Origin: Phoronis australis
Taxonomy: Eukaryota > Animalia > Phoronida
DNA: 64,000 nucleotides
Assembly (NCBI GenBank): GCA_002633005.1
Contig: NMRA01000193.1
Coordinates: forward strand, 579,005-643,004
Reading direction: 5' to 3'
Both the position numbers and the translations under genes were made by a program. This document shows positions 26,301 to 39,430 of the stretch, piece after piece. Numbering within the stretch: position 1 is the stretch's first letter; each line of letters opens with the position of its first letter. The notes beneath the pieces are model-generated. The model searched no databases. It was not told the DNA's origin and saw only the letters and a program-made list of their open reading frames with translations.

Positions 26301-28279
26301 GTGCGTGTTTTGGTCTATTCACAGGTAATAAAAACGTCTTTCCTATCCAGTTCTCTGGAACAAAATAATGCTCTATAACCCTTGACAACACTCAAAATTT
26401 TTAAGCAAAATTTCAAGCATAATGTGCAATAAATGATATAGGGGGCGTGAGTTTTTAGAGTATTCTTCCCTTTATCTTTCAAGATCGACTCCAATGATAC
26501 ATCAGCAGGTGACAGAACGGGGACTGGTTCAGTGAAATCATCAAAACAAGATTTAGCATCTTTTTAAATTGACAATGAACCAACGTACATACGAATAGAT
26601 TATATTTTGATTTCGACGATTTAGCGCTATGGACTTGCTGTCAACTTGTTTCATTTACTTGGATGAGACGTGAATTTGGACCTTGCAAAGAACTGACAGT
26701 TCGTTATTCCTGAAGACCATAATGAGCGAATGACACGCCGTGACAGGTCAACAGCCTGGCGAATTGCGAACGGACAGTTACTTGACTAAAGTAATTGCTC
26801 AAACTAAAACATCAGTAATTCCACGAAACGCGGGTTTACAGCCGCTTTAAACCGTAACATATCAAGCAGTGAAAACACTTAGAAAAGAGTCATATGTTGG
26901 AATTCAACGTACTCAATAAATGTCATTGAATAGTGATTCTGCATCTAATGACATTTATAGTTGTCAGGAGTAGATTGTTGCTGGTTATTTCAATGAACTC
27001 TATTTTACTGTTCTATTTGTTTGTTAGCAGATAGCACTTGATTGACATGACTCATGAGGCTAGGCCAGTAATGATGATTTTTTTTACAATAGAGTAATAG
27101 TAGGGAACATTCTAAAATATTCCAGTGTGTTAGTGATTAATATAGAATCATAGACTGGAAGATTCTAGTGCTAGAATAAGTTTGTAGAATGACTGGGTAG
27201 ATTCCAGAAATTTCTAGAATGTGTTTGAATTGGTGAAAAGTTCCAGAACGTTGTAAGAGACAATAAATGACCAGGCACGGATTAGTGACAGTGAGTTGAA
27301 AGTATGTTAAAGTCAGCAGAAGTTGTGTCGAGAAAAAGTTACAATTGACTTGCAGTAACAGAGAGCCAACATAACAGACAACATGTTTTTGGATCAGCGA
27401 GCGTAACAGTTTCTGGAAGTGCCTAAAAAGTTCATCACTAGTCAAGGTTTCACAGCACTGGTTGAAGCATAAAAGAGACATTACGCCGGACGTTTTTTAG
27501 TAGACTTATGAACTTACGGTAAAGCTTAATCAAGTGATTAACTCGAACCAGTCTTCAGTGTACCGTCGCACCAAAAGCTATAAGCAACGGTCGGTAACCA
27601 CCTGCGCCCACCCATCCACGGGGAAAGCGTGAAAACCATGCAGATTTTTGTATGATACAGAGCATCTCAAGAGCCTTCGTTTGGAAAATAATTTGTTACT
27701 ATTGCAATTTGGTTTCGTTTTGTCACATCTGAGCACGAATCACTTAGATTAAAATAGCTGACATATTTTGCTAATACATAGCAAAAGTTGAAGCTCAGTT
27801 AAATTCAGAACCATCGAAAGGCACGTTGTTCTCTAAACACAATAGACTGGACTGGCGTCTAGTTTTTTAACAACGATGCAGCTGCCAGAAAGAGATGACC
27901 GTTTGCTTATATTTATGGCTTCCGATACCTTTCTACGGACGTATTCACGCGATCGCTTCAATCTTCAACCTTCTCGTTCCGAATACTGAAGCAGTTGACG
28001 TTGTCTTTTTCAAAATATTCCTGTAGTTGTTCCAGTGACGATGTATCACGATCGTTTGGGTCCACTTTCAAAGGTTAAAAAGGTGTAAAATTGGCACATC
28101 GTGAGTAGCGACGGTATTGTAGTTAGCAAAACAGTTATTAGTTTTGAGGCCTTGAATCGTTTGTGATATCGTTATGCAGTTCGTTTTCAAATTCTTCACC
28201 AAGTGTAACCCCGTCATGGCTACTTTGGTCGTGAAAACATTTGGTGGACTTGAACCGTTTTCTTTGATGTCAGGTTCGT

Positions 28280-30656
28280 CTAAAGAGAAGAATTTGTTCT
28301 AGTATTTCTCTTTGGCTGAAGTTGCGATTGATGTTGGTGGTCATGTCGTCTTCGATTGACTGGGGTGGAGGACGGTGTGTCGACTGTGCGATTAAAACGC
28401 AAGTCATTCAAACGTTTGTTTTTCAGAGGATCAAGATTTACTTCATCCAAGCGGTCTGGATGCTGTGGACAACAGACTTCAAGATTGGCTGACGAAAAGG
28501 TATACAAGAGAGGATTCAGAGCAGAGTTGATGGGAATGATGAACACAGCGACCCAAGCTGAGGTTTGTCGACTTATCGTAACTCCAGACAGAGCAACGAT
28601 GTCAATAATAGAGATTGGGACCCAGCAGCAAAAGTCGGTCAACACGATAAGTACTAACCGCCGAGCAAGTGCGAGGTCACGTGTTGTCGACTTCCTCTTC
28701 GAGTTGAGTCTTTGTTGCCGGACGTAAACGTAAATCCATATATAGCCCAGTGCTATAACGATGAAACATACAAAATTGAAAGCTATAAATACTAAAGCCG
28801 AATACACCCAACCCTTAGAAGAACTTTTGCGAAGGGTGAAAGGGAGACATGCAGACGTTGAGCCGTAATATTCGTGACCATAGATGATAAGGGGAATGGT
28901 AGCAATGACGCAGCACGTTACCCATCCAACGGCTTCCACGAAGGTAACTGTTTTCAGGGAAAAGGGTTTCACTCGAAATGTGAAAACCAAGATTCTCACT
29001 CGGTCTACTGTGATTACAACGAGTGTGAACACGGACATTTCACAGGCAACAGTTGAAATAAAACCCGAAAACTGGCAAAGAGGTCCCTCCCTCCAGTCTT
29101 GATCGTATTGATAGAACTTGCCATGGGTTTCAAAATACAGGTCTGCGGACGCAATGATGAGGAGGTAAACCCCCATCAAAAAGTCCGATACGCTCAGGTT
29201 TAGAACAAGAAACGAATTGACATTTTGCCGCTCAGTTTTTAGACGCCACACAAAAACGGTAAGATTTCCAATGAATGCCATCACTCCAATTACCCAAATG
29301 GCATATCTCAAAAAGTCGTCAGCAAGCAAATCCTCACATGATGAGAACTCATCAGGCTCTGGTAGGCATTTCACGCTGTTATTAAGAGCGCAGCAATGTC
29401 TAAATGCGTCCGTGTGAAGGAAACCTACTTGTACTTTTGTGAAGGCGTTCGTGTCAATTTTCAGGTATCTGTCGTTAAGTGTAATGTCTATGACTTCTAA
29501 ACGGCCAATGAAGGCACTCGCCGAAATAGAAATCAATTTATTTCTTGAAAGATCAAGATGTTTAATGTTGACATCCTCAAACGTGAATGTTGGTAAATGG
29601 GTGATCTGATTTCCTGTCAAATTCAGAACTAAAAGGTTGTTCAATCCTTGAAAGGCTTTTTGAGGAATTCTTGTTATGTTGTTGTGAGAAATGTCAAGGA
29701 CACCCATGAATTGGTACCCGTCGAATGTGTTCCTATAAAGTTGCAAAAAATTGCGGGAAAATAACAGAACCCGTAAATTTCTACTGTACGAAGGAATTGA
29801 AGATAGGTTTGCTTCATTACAACTCATCGAAAAGCCGTTGCACAGGCACGAGCCTGGGCAGTCTTTTGGGATATCACAGTATTTTTCATCATCGCCATTT
29901 GGACAGTCAACTTGACCATTGCAGACAGACTTTTGCTCGATACAGAAACGTTGTCCAGGGCACCGTAGCATCCCAGGACACTTGTATTCTTCGCAATTCA
30001 CTTCATCTTCTCCATTCACACAATCCTTTGTACCATCACATACGCGACGAACATGTACGCAGAATGAGTCGGGACACTTGAATAAGCCCGGGCACATGAA
30101 TCGTGAACAGTTTTTGAGATGGCTAAAATCGCGACACCCGTCCACGACAGATTTTACATAACTATCAACGTCATACACACACGCAGTCTCCCGTCTGAAG
30201 CATCTTGGATAATGCGGTATACAACGAACTTCGTCATCCCTTGTACAGAACGGCTTGTAATTTACAGTAATAATAGGTTTTGTCGCAGTACCTGTATTTA
30301 CTTCTCCTTTAATTGAGTCCACATACTTCAGCAACTCATCTTCAGCTGTGCACGTGGGACAGTCGGGTTGTAAATCGTTTTGACGAGATTTGGGAATGCA
30401 GGTTGCGGAATAACAACGAAAGCCGTTGGAGCACGAACCCACCCCAGAGCACTGCGCTGGTCCTTCGTCGTCACCAGCTCTGCAGTCCTTAATCAAGTCG
30501 CAAGTTCTGTTCATTGCAATACACGTACCATCTGCACAGCGGAATTCACCAGTCAAGCAGCTCGGATATGTGCAGTCAGCCTCATCAGAACCATCTTTGC
30601 AGTGACGGACGTGGTCGCAGTAAAGTGAATACGGAAGACATTCACCACTTTGACAC
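28280..30656 (-). CDS. GRL101-like GPCR, last coding exon (LDLa repeats, LRR, 7TM)
   Basis: LDLa repeats (CxxGxDE), LRR N-cap CPGSCLC, LRRs (LDISHNNIT, LNLTGNQIT, LDLSRNKL), hinge PEPDEFSSCEDLL, and rhodopsin-type 7TM motifs (NLSVSDFLMGVYL, TDFCCWVP, PINSALNPLLY). Acceptor TTTCAG|G at 30657 is phase 2, matching the previous exon. Confidence 0.95.
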
Positions 30657-30713
30657 CTGAAACGAAAAAGTATAACGACAAGTAACAATAAAATCCTACT
30701 ACATCTTATCATG

Positions 30714-31100
30714 CTAAGCTTTCACCGTGAAGTATTCGTCCTCTAAAGTAGGTTACTACTGATACTGAGTTAATGTCCAAGTCAAAGATTACCGAGGTCA
30801 TGTTACCCACATTTAAACAGGAGATCGAGGATTTACAAGCGATAGAAAATGACAGATTAATTTCACTGAATTAAAGATGTTTTCATTTGAAGTGTACTTC
30901 TTATTTTCACAGCGTAATAAATCTCGGTACAATGCGGTTTGTTGAACATGTGATTATTGACACTCCTCATTAAGTAATCAAATTTCATGTAAGATGACGT
31001 CAGCTTCTAAATAGCTCAGTAGTTAAGGTGACAGCTGTCGTATCATGAAACTTGAGGGAAGCGTGTTTGAATCTGGCCTCGGATTCCCGGCAAAATGTTA
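30714..31100 (+). repeat. Older copy of the tRNA-like-containing repeat module (inverted partner of 31895-32276)
   Basis: Shared blocks CTAAAGTAGGTTAC, GATTTACAAGC, AATTTCACTGAATTAA, GTACAATGCGGTTTGTTGAAC and GATGACGTCAG. Confidence 0.8.
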
Positions 31101-31534
31101 ACCCACAAGCGTTTGATTAACAAAATGGGAAAATCAACGGTTGTCATGGCCATGCCTGGCTGATTATGTAGTATTTTGAATTTTCTACCTCATACGTCTT
31201 GATACGGTCGTGCAATAACAGTATCATTGTCACGTGTCCAAAACAGAAATACTTTCTACGGCTGGATTTCCAAAGTTTCAACCTGATCAACCACAGTTTA
31301 AGCTAAATAAAATACAGGAATTTACGTTTATTATACATTTCAAAATTTAAACAAACATAATACGCTGGATAACATTTTGGTAATTAAAATCACTCCTTCC
31401 TCAAACTCACCCGTTCACGACAGCTTGTAAGCAAAGCCGGTGAAACTGATCATTATGAACTGCAGTGGCAAATACAGTAGCTTTCAATTTTTATTATTTT
31501 GCGGTGTAAAAAAAGAGTAGTAAGGAAAACAAAT

Positions 31535-32806
31535 TTATATTCATGTTTAATGTCATTGTTCTTGTTCCATGTATCATGCACGATAGCGTTCATAATTTTA
31601 AATTTATTTGCCTAGTCGAACTACAACAACTGTTTTACTAGAAATGTTTTGTACATATAGATTATTACATGGCGAAGTCGTTATCCCCCGGTATCTAGAG
31701 CCCGAGTGGATTTTGGAGAATTATCGCCCGAGGGGCGTTTTCCGAGAGTGATAATTCTCCAAAATCCACGAGGGCTCTAGATAAGGGGGGTAACGGCTGA
31801 GAACATGTAATAATCTATTTTTATACCACAATATTAGCGTCAAATGGCAGATACAACCGTGTAACAACCCATAAAGTTATCTCACTAGTGAGATAACGAT
31901 TTGGCGGGAAACCGAGGGCGGAGTCGAACCCGGGACCCTGGAATTGCTGGTCGCCGACTTTACCACTACACCATGCAGCGACTGACGTCATCAAGAATGA
32001 AAATAGAATACTTAAATGAGCACGCGCAATAATGGCACGTTCAACAAACCGCATTGTACTGTACTTATACGCTACGAAATATAAGACACATAATTTCCAC
32101 AAAAATGATATCTTAATTCAGTGAAATTTTTCCCTCATGTCCTCTTGCTTGTAAATCACCGATCTCCAGTTTGAATGCGGGTATCGTGTCGTCAGGATCT
32201 TTAACTTGAGAATTATATTCGGTTACCAGTGGTAACCTACTTTAGCAGACGATAATTTCCCTGTCGAAGCTTAGCGTGAAAAAAACGTGTTTTAAGCTAT
32301 AATAGTTGGCAAATGTTAATTCATTAATTCAATTTATTTCTATTATATTTAAATTTTCAATTGGTTTTGAGTAAAAGCATTATTTGACAAAAGTAGCCCG
32401 GCTTTTCTTAAAAGGTCACGACCTCCAATCCCGGGCCTCTGACATAGAAAGTAGTTAAAAAGCCGTGGAGAGAAAAGGTAAATCGATTCATTGCAATGTT
32501 TCTCGTTTAGTATGTGGTATATATAGATTATTACATAGCGAAGTCGTTATCCCATGTTATCTAGATAACGGGGGATAACGGCTGACACCCCTCGGGCGAT
32601 AATTCTCCAAAATCCACTCGGGCTCTAGATAACGGGGGATAACGACTTCGCCATGTAATAATCTATATGTACAAAACATTTCATAATAAAACAGTAGCGG
32701 TACTTCGATTATACATCAGTCATCAAAGGTAAATCAATTTAAAAATCATGAACGCTATCGTGTAAGATACATGAAACAAGAACAATGACATTAAATACGA
32801 ATATAA
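31535..32806. mobile_element. ~1.27-kb foldback element with long inverted arms, each holding a palindrome (Crypton-like non-autonomous)
   Basis: Arms at 31535-31830 and 32513-32806. Internal palindromes TAGATTATTACAT...ATGTAATAATCTA at 31658-31817 and 32524-32665, with CCCGAGG/CCTCGGG cores and TATACCACA/TGTGGTATA inner ends. The Crypton label is from recalled resemblance only. Confidence 0.7.
31912..31980 (-). ncRNA. tRNA-derived (Pol III A/B box) sequence, probably non-functional
   Basis: TGGTGTAGTGGT (A box) and GGTTCGACTCC (B box) at tRNA spacing. Acceptor and anticodon stems are poor. Confidence 0.55.
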
Positions 32807-32914
32807 GGTTGCATACATCAGAGCGCAATTACAGAAGGAATTGTCATGGAAACTAATGTACTATGAAACGTTGTAAAATTTCATAAAATAAATAGGTGTT
32901 ACAACTTATGGACA

Positions 32915-34126
32915 TTATTTATATAACGACAAGGTACGATGGAACCCAGTATCTTGGGAATTTATGTCAGGAGATTCAGTTTTTATTATTAAAGCTTCGA
33001 GTATTTTCAAACGAAAGGAGTCACGTTCGAAATACCTGAGGATGGTATTGTCAACAATATCTGAACGAGAAATTTTCTGTTTGTGGAGTGTTTGGAAGTG
33101 ATTTTTAATTGATCCATTCTGTAAATGCATAGATAACCGGCGAGATAAAGTGCAAGTTGTATAACCAACATACCTTGAGCAATCATTGTTTGAACGAATA
33201 CATTCGTTGTGGGGGTAATTAAACTGATAAATCAAGTCAGTTTTGGCTAACACTTGGGCAGACTTTGAGCACATATTGTTTTTAACAACAAGATCTTTAG
33301 TTTGATGGTTTTGGAAATATATAATTAACTTAAAGCTGTCTTCTGGCTTAACGGTCTTAACATTATTATGGATGATCCGTTTTAAAACTCGTTCATAACG
33401 TGAATGGAATTGGTTGCGGTAGAATAGTTTCTTGGTACATCCACTTGCTTGTTTTAAACACATAGGCTTCTGCAACCGGCTTATGAAAAGCTTCATATTC
33501 TCATCAACAAACTTATTGCTGTAACCGTTATTTATCATAATTTGCTTAATGCGATTACACTCAGTGTTGAAGGTTTTCTAGTCTGAGCAAACGGAATATG
33601 CTCTTTTCAAAAAGCTTGTCAAAACAGAGAGTTTATATCTCAGAGGACATTGGCTAGTTTCTTGTAAACAAACCCCATCGTATATAGGTTTCCTGTATAT
33701 TGAGGTTTTAATGCCAAATCCATCGTAATCAATAAGTACGTCTAAGAACGGTAGATTGTTGTTAACTGGTAATCCACGCGTGAATTTTAATAAAGAATTT
33801 TGCTCTAAAGAGAGTTTGATCTCCATCAGCTTATCATGGTTGACAATCATAAAGATATCATCAACATACCTGCAGTACATGTTCGGCTTTTCCTGAAGAC
33901 TATCAATAACCTTAGCTTCAATGTTGCACATGTAAAAATCAGCAAAAGTTGGTCCGAGAGGTGATCCCATGGATACACCATTGGTTTGTAAATACAGTTT
34001 GCCATCGATGTTCCTAAAAGGTACTTTTGTAGTGCAAAGTAACAAAAAATCTCGAATTACTTCTTTAGGAATACTGGGAGGAGCCATTGATACATGGTAC
34101 ATAGAATATATTATTATTTCTACCAT
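32915..34126 (-). mobile_element. 5'-truncated Penelope-like retroelement (RT + GIY-YIG endonuclease)
   Basis: QTNGVSMGSPLGPTFADFYM, YCRYVDDIF and LPFLDVLI, then YVGYTTCTLSRRLSMH..LEALII..PDINSQ. The two ORFs share a frame and are separated by one TAG at 33580-33578. Confidence 0.93.
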
Positions 34127-34210
34127 CCAATGAAAGACACTTGTGTAGACACTATGAAAGTTTGTTGTACAAACTAATTAAAGCCAAGAACAGTTTACTT
34201 TTCAATGAAA

Positions 34211-34218
34211 CACACACA

Positions 34219-34253
<35 letters not shown>

Positions 34254-34288
34254 TTATATATGTATATATATATATATATGTATATATA
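34211..34288. repeat. (CA)n + (TA)n compound microsatellite
   Basis: Directly visible in the sequence. Confidence 0.95.
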
Positions 34289-34535
34289 GTTATCCTACAT
34301 CAATTGGAATTCTAATAAGATATCATATCTCAAAATCACTTCATCTGAGGGTGTCCCAACTCGCCCATCGGTCCCGTTGGGACATTCCCACATGGAATGA
34401 ATTCTCGATATGATAAGGCAATAATATTCCTATGCTTGTAATTTGTGACAACCAATATTTACGCCATGTAGTTTAACCCTTCTCTGCACGCTGTAGAAAG
34501 TTGTAGCCCTTTTGTAGGTGTTAAATTATGCATAC

Positions 34536-35497
34536 CTGAATGCATTCTCACAGCCACAGGCCTTTTCATCGTCACCTCCTAAACAGTCTAAATTGCCGTC
34601 ACACAGCTGGGCTTCAAAAATACATGTGCCGTCTTTACAAGTGTGTTGATGAGCTCCACATCGTGGACTGTGACTGACGACATCCCGTTCACATAACACG
34701 TTCAGTGGACCATTTGGGAACGACGTCTTTCGTTCCTGCCAAGCATCACTTTGCATATTCGAAGGAAAATGTTGTCTCAGTGGTGTTGTCGACAAAATAA
34801 ATGGAGGCTCTGTATCGCAATCAAATTCAACAAATTCATGCTCCACGACATTTTCATTTATGGCATCCACTTGCAAAACCAATGTTTTCCAAATATTTTT
34901 TCTGGGATTGATTATGCGGCATGTAGTGTTAATCTTCTTCAGCCAAATTCCCCGATATTCTGGCTGGTGTTTCCATAGTGACAGGAGATACATTATAGCA
35001 TCTTTGTCATTGTCGCCAATTGAAGCAACCCTAGCTTCTTTCTCAAGACACATTGCTTTGGCGCCTGCATAACTAAGAGAAGTTACCAAAGATTGTAGAC
35101 TCGTTAACATTTTTAAACATCTGCCTTTCATGAAGGTCCATTTCTCTGGACATCGATGCTGATGCGCAATAGTAGAAGCAGCAGTCGTCGCTGTTCCGTG
35201 CGACGAATTAGACGCCTTTTTGCATATGTACAGACCATCTTGAAATGGGTAATTACAAGGAAGTTTCCCCCAATGAGTTTTTTGATGAGAACGAACACCT
35301 GATTCACCAAGATGCATCACTGTGCAAAGTGAGAATTTTACTCTGGTGGGCTGAAGTCGGCTGCTGGGGATGATTTTCGCAATCTCTTGATGTGGTTTGA
35401 AACTGGAATCCTCTACGGAAGTTTTGTCCAAATAAAGACGAGTGTGCCAGTCAGTGAATCGAAGCTGCGTTCCATCAGTCCATGATCCATCTCCACC
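34536..35497 (-). CDS. GRL101-like GPCR, middle coding exon (end of C-type lectin 1, C-type lectin 2, first LDLa)
   Basis: Acceptor TTGTAG|GGT gives GGDGSWTDGTQLRFTDW in frame with ORF 34526..35431. Contains CPEKWTFMKGRC..A..MC..ARVASI and an LDLa ending CDGNLDCLGGDDEKAC. Donor CAG|GTATG at 34535. Confidence 0.9.
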
Positions 35498-36449
35498 CTA
35501 CAATATAAAGCGCTTTTGTAGCGTAGATGACTAACACAGCATTGGCGTTATTGTGATTATAGCTGACCCTTACGCAGAGGTGCCTCATCAGCCCCGGTTG
35601 CCAAAACTTCTGGACGGAAGGAAGTAAGTAGGGAGGAACTTAGGCAGCAAATTAGGAAGAAAGGTATGAAAACTGCTAAAATCAAAGTCCACGAAGATAA
35701 CTGAAAAGCAATACAGTGCAAGTCAATTAAACTGCATATGACCATAAATCAAAATAAGTTATAAATTAAGGGATAAGCCAAGAAATAAAAACAAACAAAT
35801 ATAAATGAAGACATGACACACGTATAAAATTACAATTTATTAAGACAGGTTTTGAACTTTTTGAGGTACAGTACACATTGTTTGTATCTTAGTAACGTAT
35901 TCAAATGGGAACGATAGAGAAAGCTTGACAAAATAATACGTCTTAAGTAGACAAAAAATATTCAAAGAGAAGAGGACAATGTAATATAGAACATACTCTG
36001 ATGTACTAATATATCAACGCATGGGACGTGAAACCGAACAAAGCTATTGGTGCAATTGAGAAGCACATAATGCAATACTTTTGGATTTTCTGCACTGTTA
36101 TGTGGTTTGAATGTTTTCGAAAGTACGATTATTGAGTGAGTGTAAATATCAATAATAATTGCTTGTTCTTATACGAAACGGAAGGTGTGTTTGATTCATT
36201 TGAATCTGTTCTAGGTACTACAGGAGGTAAAGTTGAGATATTAGTATTTAAAATGTTGTACTTTGAAGGCCTTGTTGTTATTTATTTGTTTAAGGCAGTG
36301 TTTGTTATTGCCGGGTAATCCGAAGAGACAGATGACATAAAATGACAGAAGAAGAAATTTGAAACAAGACAATTTAAACTACTTATCAACAGACTTATTC
36401 AGAGAGTTGAATACTGACTCGCTATGAGCGAAGACAGCGACTTGATTAT

Positions 36450-36960
36450 TTAGGTTTCTGAATCGTTTGTCTGTAAAATAGCAGATGATGGCAATTGGTG
36501 AATCCCTCGCAAATACACCCATGCGTGCAAGTAGATTGTGTTTTGGAAAACAAGAGTTTTGATAAGATTTCACGGCCCATTTTTACACTCTTAAGTGGTA
36601 TTTTAAACATATTTGCTCCAGGTGGCTTGCTTGTCTAAGTGCATTCTGAGAACTTTGTAGGTTGTAACATAACTTAATGGTTTTTGTAACATTTTAAATT
36701 TTAACATGTTTTAATTTGTTATGCGTTTTGTGGATGACTGGAAAGTTTGAGTCTAATTTGCTGTCTACATGTCAGTCATTAGAAGGGAGAGACAAATGAT
36801 GAGTGATTAAAATTAGCGTTTCTTGTGTGTTCAGAGGAGGAGGATTATCTTCAGCGTCCATAAGAACATCCAGAATTGTAAAAATTTTAGTGTCAGTCAT
36901 GTACAAATACATTTAGTAAGAACTGTAACGGGACTAACCTAGAGCATTGAAGGACACTTG
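36450..36960 (-). mobile_element. Very decayed CR1/L2-type LINE remnant
   Basis: LSPL.F..(DD)TKIF-like and FKIP..KSYQNS.FP-like remnants on the minus strand. Confidence 0.35.
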
Positions 36961-37804
36961 TTGATATTTGAAGGGGATGAGTTGTGCTTATTCTAACAAT
37001 AACACCGATGTTAGATACCGAATGGGGTCAACTTGGAGTTGAAAACTGTGGCACCCGGAAATGTGGAAGTCGCTTCGATCAGAAGGGGAGTGAAAGTTGT
37101 GGCGACTCCTGCGGGGAGGGGAGCTGACAGTAGTTGTGAATGCGAAGCGTAATAACTGAAACGACTTGGTGCAGCGCAATTTTTGGGGTCGCAGACTTTG
37201 TTGCTGGCAATGGTTAACTAGTCATAATAGCTCACAATGCTGAATATTAGTTGCATCACAAATAGCTTACGAGAATTTTGGACATAGAGAATACCACCCT
37301 TCACTAGTTCGTCACATGTGTACATAGTAAGACAACAGTTATCCTTTCGTGTTGATTTATTTTGTGCCTGCAAGTGGATTGAAAGCACACGATGAAGTAG
37401 CATTTTTTCATAAAATGTTCGTTTTATTACGAACTCTCTTAAAAAGAGGGCGAGTAAAGATGTGCTGCAGTCAAGTGAGAATTTTGCTCTCTCATCTGCT
37501 GTGATAATTTCCTGTTCCAGGTATGGCTTCGGATATTCATCTCCCTGTATTATACTTTGACAAAGGTTGGTAGTCTGTATCTGTAATTTTGGCTAGAAAC
37601 AAATTGAAAACACACTGTTGTCTCAGACAGTCGGTGCAGAATGGCATCTTTTTAAATACTGACTATCTATTCACTCATGGCATTTCATCCACAATTTGGT
37701 ATTTTTGGGTTATCATTTTCCATCAAATAAAAGACGTTGCATTGATCTGAACTTAGCTTCATGGAGGCACGTCCATGTCACGTTTGGTGCCGAGCAGCTC
37801 TAAG

Positions 37805-38804
37805 TATGTCTTTTTTAATAAAAATACACTTTTTTAAATATCCAGACATGTGTTCCAGGTATACGACTTCCCTTAACTTAATTAATTAGTCGTGCCCTAC
37901 TCCGGAAGTGAAGTTTAGGGGGTTAAGACCACCTTCTAAGTAGCTGCAATATTTTAGTCAAATCCACAATAAATTTTATAAAGTGTATCCCGCCGCCCTG
38001 TTTACTGAATGACGAATTGTCTTCACTGGCTGTCGAACTGAGCCTGTATTCACTCCCACTATTCAACATCGCTGTAGGGCTGCTTACAAACTCTGGGCTG
38101 GAGACAACACCAGCAGAGGGCGAATCATTTCTAGATCCCGGAATTGCAGCTCATGGGTACTTTTGTAAGTTCAGGTGACAGTAGATGAAAGTGCTCCAGT
38201 CACTGTAGAGGTCACAGCTTGCAAGTCTTCTTGCTTAAAAAATGCACTTCTCGGGGGTGGCGAAGGAGCACTGCTGGAAATCAACAGCGACAGTAGGGCA
38301 CCTTCCTTCAGGAGATTTTTTGCGGGAACCCTGATCAATTCTGCGAACATCTCTCTTTCGTAATCCGACGGCAGAAAATGCTTGCCACACACTCGGCAAT
38401 TCTCCACTGCTTTGTACGTTGCGTGAACGGGTAACGCTGCGTTCATCAAAAGAACGATCCAAGTACGGCGGAATGTGTCATCTTTCGGAAAGCGATGTAA
38501 TGGCATACCCAATGTGCGAGTGAGACGATAATGAGTACACCCCGGTACGCGACGACGTATGTCGAGTGACTCGTAAGCAAACGCAAAGAACGATCTAAAG
38601 TATCATAACCGAGGTATAATGATGACTGACTCGACAGCTAACACAGTCAGACTTTATGAAAACGCAATGGCGGGAAATTCGTAACCCCTAAACGTCACTT
38701 CCAGAGTAAGGCACGACGAATTAATAATATTAGGGGAGACCGTTATCAACTGGAAAATATGTCTGAGATAATCAACGAACCGTATTTTTATTAAAAATGA
38801 CATG
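37805..38804 (-). mobile_element. 1-kb TIR DNA transposon derivative retaining a THAP-domain coding segment (Kolobok/P-like)
   Basis: ~120-bp TIRs at 37805-37926 and 38681-38804. THAP motifs VPGC..LHRFPKD..RRTW..RVCGKHF..DY..LLKEGA at 38171-38560. Confidence 0.8.
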
Positions 38805-39169
38805 AAAAGGTTGCCTTCTCTTTTAAAGGTCTAATGTTCACTGAAACCAGTTTGACATAAAAATCTTCCATTTTGTTTAACTTTTGGTATACAATTCAGT
38901 CATACGGCATTTGGTTATTATAAACTTTGTTATGTTTGATAAAAACCAAAGATTCCCTGAATAATATATGAAGAGACATTATTCTTCAAGAGACCTCATA
39001 GTTTGAGTTTCTAGTAGTCTTATGTGGACTCCATTTGTTGTGAGATCACCGTCACTAGAAATTCAGCAGACACATTTCAGTCTTTGAGAGTGACGGATTA
39101 TTCATTAAGCTAATTAACCTGGGACCTGTACAAAACGGGCGCCATGTCGTCACCACAGTCTGTCCTCAA

Positions 39170-39430
39170 TTTTGCGCAAGGGTGACTACGTGGCAAAGGA
39201 AATATAACTGGAAAATTAAAGCGACGGGACGGGGAATTGTGGTGACACCGAGAGGAATAGCTCGGAAAGGAGTTGTATGCCAAAGCAACTAGGTGACAGG
39301 TCCTATGAAGTGCAAAGCCCTTTTGGATGCTACATAGTCAACCGCAAGCCTACTGAAACTCCACCATCTGTATCTGGCATATAACTACAGCCCTGGAATG
39401 CCAACTCCATTCTCGTGTCTGGTGAGGTTA
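39170..39430 (+). mobile_element. Ty3/Gypsy integrase C-terminal remnant
   Basis: KQLGDRSYEVQSPFGCYIVNRK resembles the RSYxV...RRNR motif. Confidence 0.45.

Noticed and set aside
26960-27530. Possible solo LTR (TTCTAGAA-rich with AATAAA)
   Set aside because: No partner copy, clear termini or TSD could be established.
28356-30628. Multiple plus-strand ORFs over the receptor exon (likewise 34751-35072 and 44263-45755)
   Set aside because: Antisense shadows of real coding sequence with no independent motifs.
30657-30712. Apparent signal peptide MIRCSRILLLLVVILF on the 810-aa ORF
   Set aside because: It is intron sequence (polypyrimidine tract) before a phase-matched acceptor, and it would start mid-LDLa repeat. 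A short alternative isoform is not strictly excluded.
31912-31980. Functional tRNA gene (also 59120-59185 and ~48890-48960)
   Set aside because: A/B boxes only, without a convincing cloverleaf, and embedded in repeats.
35560-35600. Hammerhead ribozyme-like CTGATGAG on the minus strand (also a weak candidate at ~52860-52890)
   Set aside because: The required GAAA core or intact stems are missing.
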